Shown: positions 23,942 to 25,848 of the stretch, piece after piece
How the letters are laid out: the number at the start of each line of letters is the position of its first letter
Position numbering within the stretch: the first letter of the stretch is position 1
Virus record (IMG/VR): IMGVR_UViG_3300017761_007555
Span: 1-25,848 of that record
Direction: 5' to 3' (one strand)
Length of the DNA: 25,848 bases
Source of the DNA: a virus
Taxonomy: Duplodnaviria; Caudoviricetes
Program-made: the position numbers and the translations under genes
The notes under the pieces: model-generated
The model's database searches: none
Seen by the model: only the letters and a program-made list of their open reading frames with translations
What the model was told of the DNA's origin: nothing

Positions 23942-25848
23942 ATGTCAAAATCAAAATATCCAAATCAAATTGATACCCCTTCAGAACTTCCCATAGTTAG
24001 AGATAATATCTTTGAGATAGGTTCTGATGCCATCAACTCGTTACGTTCAGCCATTATTCAAATTGAAAAAACACTGGGAATAAATCCACAGGGGTCGGTG
24101 GGACTAACTGTCGGAAATAGAATCTCCCAATCTCTTGACCCTTCTGGAAATATAAGAAGGGAGGCTCTGGATATAGCGGGAGTAATTAGCGGACCAATCT
24201 TTGATGATCAGGTATCTGATGTTGCCGCAATCAAAGAAGTTAAATTAAGATTAGACTTTCCAACCAAGATTCTTCAGTCTGAAATTTCATATGTCTCATC
24301 TTTGATTGATGAAATTCAAAAGCAGATTGAAGAAATTTCCGCCAAACTATCTGCACACTTAAGTCCCGATGCGATCAATAGACATCCCGCAAAAGCAATC
24401 TCCACTACCGCAATTGCAAATACGGCCTCCCCATCTGGAATAAGAGAGTTTGAGGCTTCAAATGTTCAAAGTGTATTAGAGGGGATATTTTCATCACACA
24501 TAAACTATGATGGAACAAGCATATCCTCTACCAACAATTCTCACTCTGCAAACCAGGTTTATTTTGATAATTCTCTGACTATAGATATTTCAAGCAGCGA
24601 TGTTCAGGGAGCAATAGAAGAGGTATCTGGACTATTAACCGGAGGAGTCGAAAAACATCAGGATTTATTTCACTCCAATGGATTCTCAAGAACCGCCTAC
24701 ATCTTGGACAAGACAAACTCCTCCTATGGTGTATTGCTCTCCGAAAGCTCTACCGCATCCATTTATCAGAACCTAGGAGAGAAGCCTTATTTCGAAATAA
24801 TTTTAGATGCCATGATAACCACTCCTGCCGAGGGCGTTGGGATTGGGGACATCATAGAGCTGACCGTCAATGGAACCTCCAAAGAATATCAAATATATCA
24901 AATTCAAAATGATCCAACCTCCGGTGATATTACTGGATTTTGGCTTTTTGGAGTCCTATTTACTACAGAAACCTCGATTGACACTAAGATCTTCCTAAAG
25001 AGACACAGATCTTATAACTCCATTGGAATTCTTGCCTCCAATAGAGAAAATTACGGATTAAGCTCCTCTAGTATAATTCAAATCATAAATCCGGATGCTC
25101 CATTCATTCTTTCCTCCGGAATTAATCCAGCGGAAATCAACTCCAGTAATAGATACTTTGATCTAAAGATTGATGGAACATCTTATTCATTTGATGTCTA
25201 CAGTCTTGCCGCCTCAACTCAATCAATTGATTCTATCATAAAATCAATCAATGAGACTGTAGATCAGCTCGGACTGCCAATCTTGGCATATAGAATAAAC
25301 TTAGAATCTGGTGGCTCTGAGATCGTAATTGCGGGTAATATTTCCTCCTCAGACTATACCACCTCTAGTTTGGAGGTAGTTGCGGTTGATAGTTCCCTCA
25401 GCTCTCTTGGGCTTTCTTCTTTTGAATCAAAGGTAATTTACGGACAGCCGGGTTCCTCCTACTATATAGATGGAAAACAATATAACGGCCTACTTAAGAA
25501 GTTGGACATAACAGGGTTTGACATAGAGGGTGGAAGTAGAATAATAAGCTCGGGAGCCTTAGGAATAGATTTTACATCATATTCCATCAAAAAAGGGGAC
25601 CTGGTTAACATCATTGACTCTGATGTAAAATCATACGAAGTAGTCTCTATCTCTTCCTCATATATCACCCTATCCTCTAGACAGTTACCCACCGGGTTCT
25701 CCTACTCTTCTGTCGGTACAGCAAGAGTCATTATTTATGAGGCATCAATTAATGCTGACGCTCTAGAATTTGTAAGCGTAGGGGTTGTTGATGGAAGTGT
25801 TGGAGTGGGTTCTTCTCTCCTTGAAATATTTTTAGACTCAAATAGGGA
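23942..25848 (+). CDS. Large virion structural protein (5' part; runs off the window)
   Basis: ATG 23942 opens a frame with no stop for 635 codons: MSKSKYPNQIDTPSELP...INSLRSAIIQIEKTLGINPQG, with repeated H.A..I/V...(N/D)VQ.(A/V)(L/I)E motifs like those in fibre/baseplate proteins. Missing from the ORF track because it has no stop. Confidence 0.8.
   Translation, partial: MSKSKYPNQIDTPSELPIVRDNIFEIGSDAINSLRSAIIQIEKTLGINPQGSVGLTVGNRISQSLDPSGNIRREALDIAGVISGPIFDDQVSDVAAIKEVKLRLDFPTKILQSEISYVSSLIDEIQKQIEEISAKLSAHLSPDAINRHPAKAISTTAIANTASPSGIREFEASNVQSVLEGIFSSHINYDGTSISSTNNSHSANQVYFDNSLTIDISSSDVQGAIEEVSGLLTGGVEKHQDLFHSNGFSRTAYILDKTNSSYGVLLSESSTASIYQNLGEKPYFEIILDAMITTPAEGVGIGDIIELTVNGTSKEYQIYQIQNDPTSGDITGFWLFGVLFTTETSIDTKIFLKRHRSYNSIGILASNRENYGLSSSSIIQIINPDAPFILSSGINPAEINSSNRYFDLKIDGTSYSFDVYSLAASTQSIDSIIKSINETVDQLGLPILAYRINLESGGSEIVIAGNISSSDYTTSSLEVVAVDSSLSSLGLSSFESKVIYGQPGSSYYIDGKQYNGLLKKLDITGFDIEGGSRIISSGALGIDFTSYSIKKGDLVNIIDSDVKSYEVVSISSSYITLSSRQLPTGFSYSSVGTARVIIYEASINADALEFVSVGVVDGSVGVGSSLLEIFLDSNR

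Noticed and set aside
1-25848. Alternative genetic code (stop-codon reassignment)
   Set aside because: Genes are long and intact under code 11, and TAA, TAG and TGA all end genes followed by new RBS/starts.
1-25848. tRNA, rRNA, integrase or transposase
   Set aside because: None was recognised. The few intergenic gaps long enough show no cloverleaf signature by eye.

Overview
The window is the virion head/neck morphogenesis module of a large tailed bacteriophage (Caudoviricetes, probably jumbo-type), not cellular DNA. Genes are densely packed on the + strand with GGAG/AGGAG ribosome-binding sites and Rho-independent terminators, and all three stop codons are used (standard code). Gene order: DUF192-containing multidomain protein, prohead protease-scaffold fusion, putative internal head proteins, two paralogous decoration-like proteins, HK97-fold major capsid protein, DUF5659 protein, a 1028-aa Ser-rich fibre of 41 x 18-aa repeats, two minus-strand DUF2827-like glycosyltransferases, neck proteins, a holin-like protein, an HExxH protein and a large structural gene that runs off the end. 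The best candidates for undescribed biology are: (1) a fibre glycosylation cassette (Ser-rich fibre plus DUF2827 pair); (2) a shared 27-aa C-terminal motif plus recurrent K-x-A sites, suggesting a head-targeting and cleavage system; (3) a nested scaffold gene; (4) a T(G/A)CTAATA promoter-like motif fused to terminators; (5) a start-less HTH frame directly after a stop codon. All family assignments come from motif recognition by eye; no database search was run.
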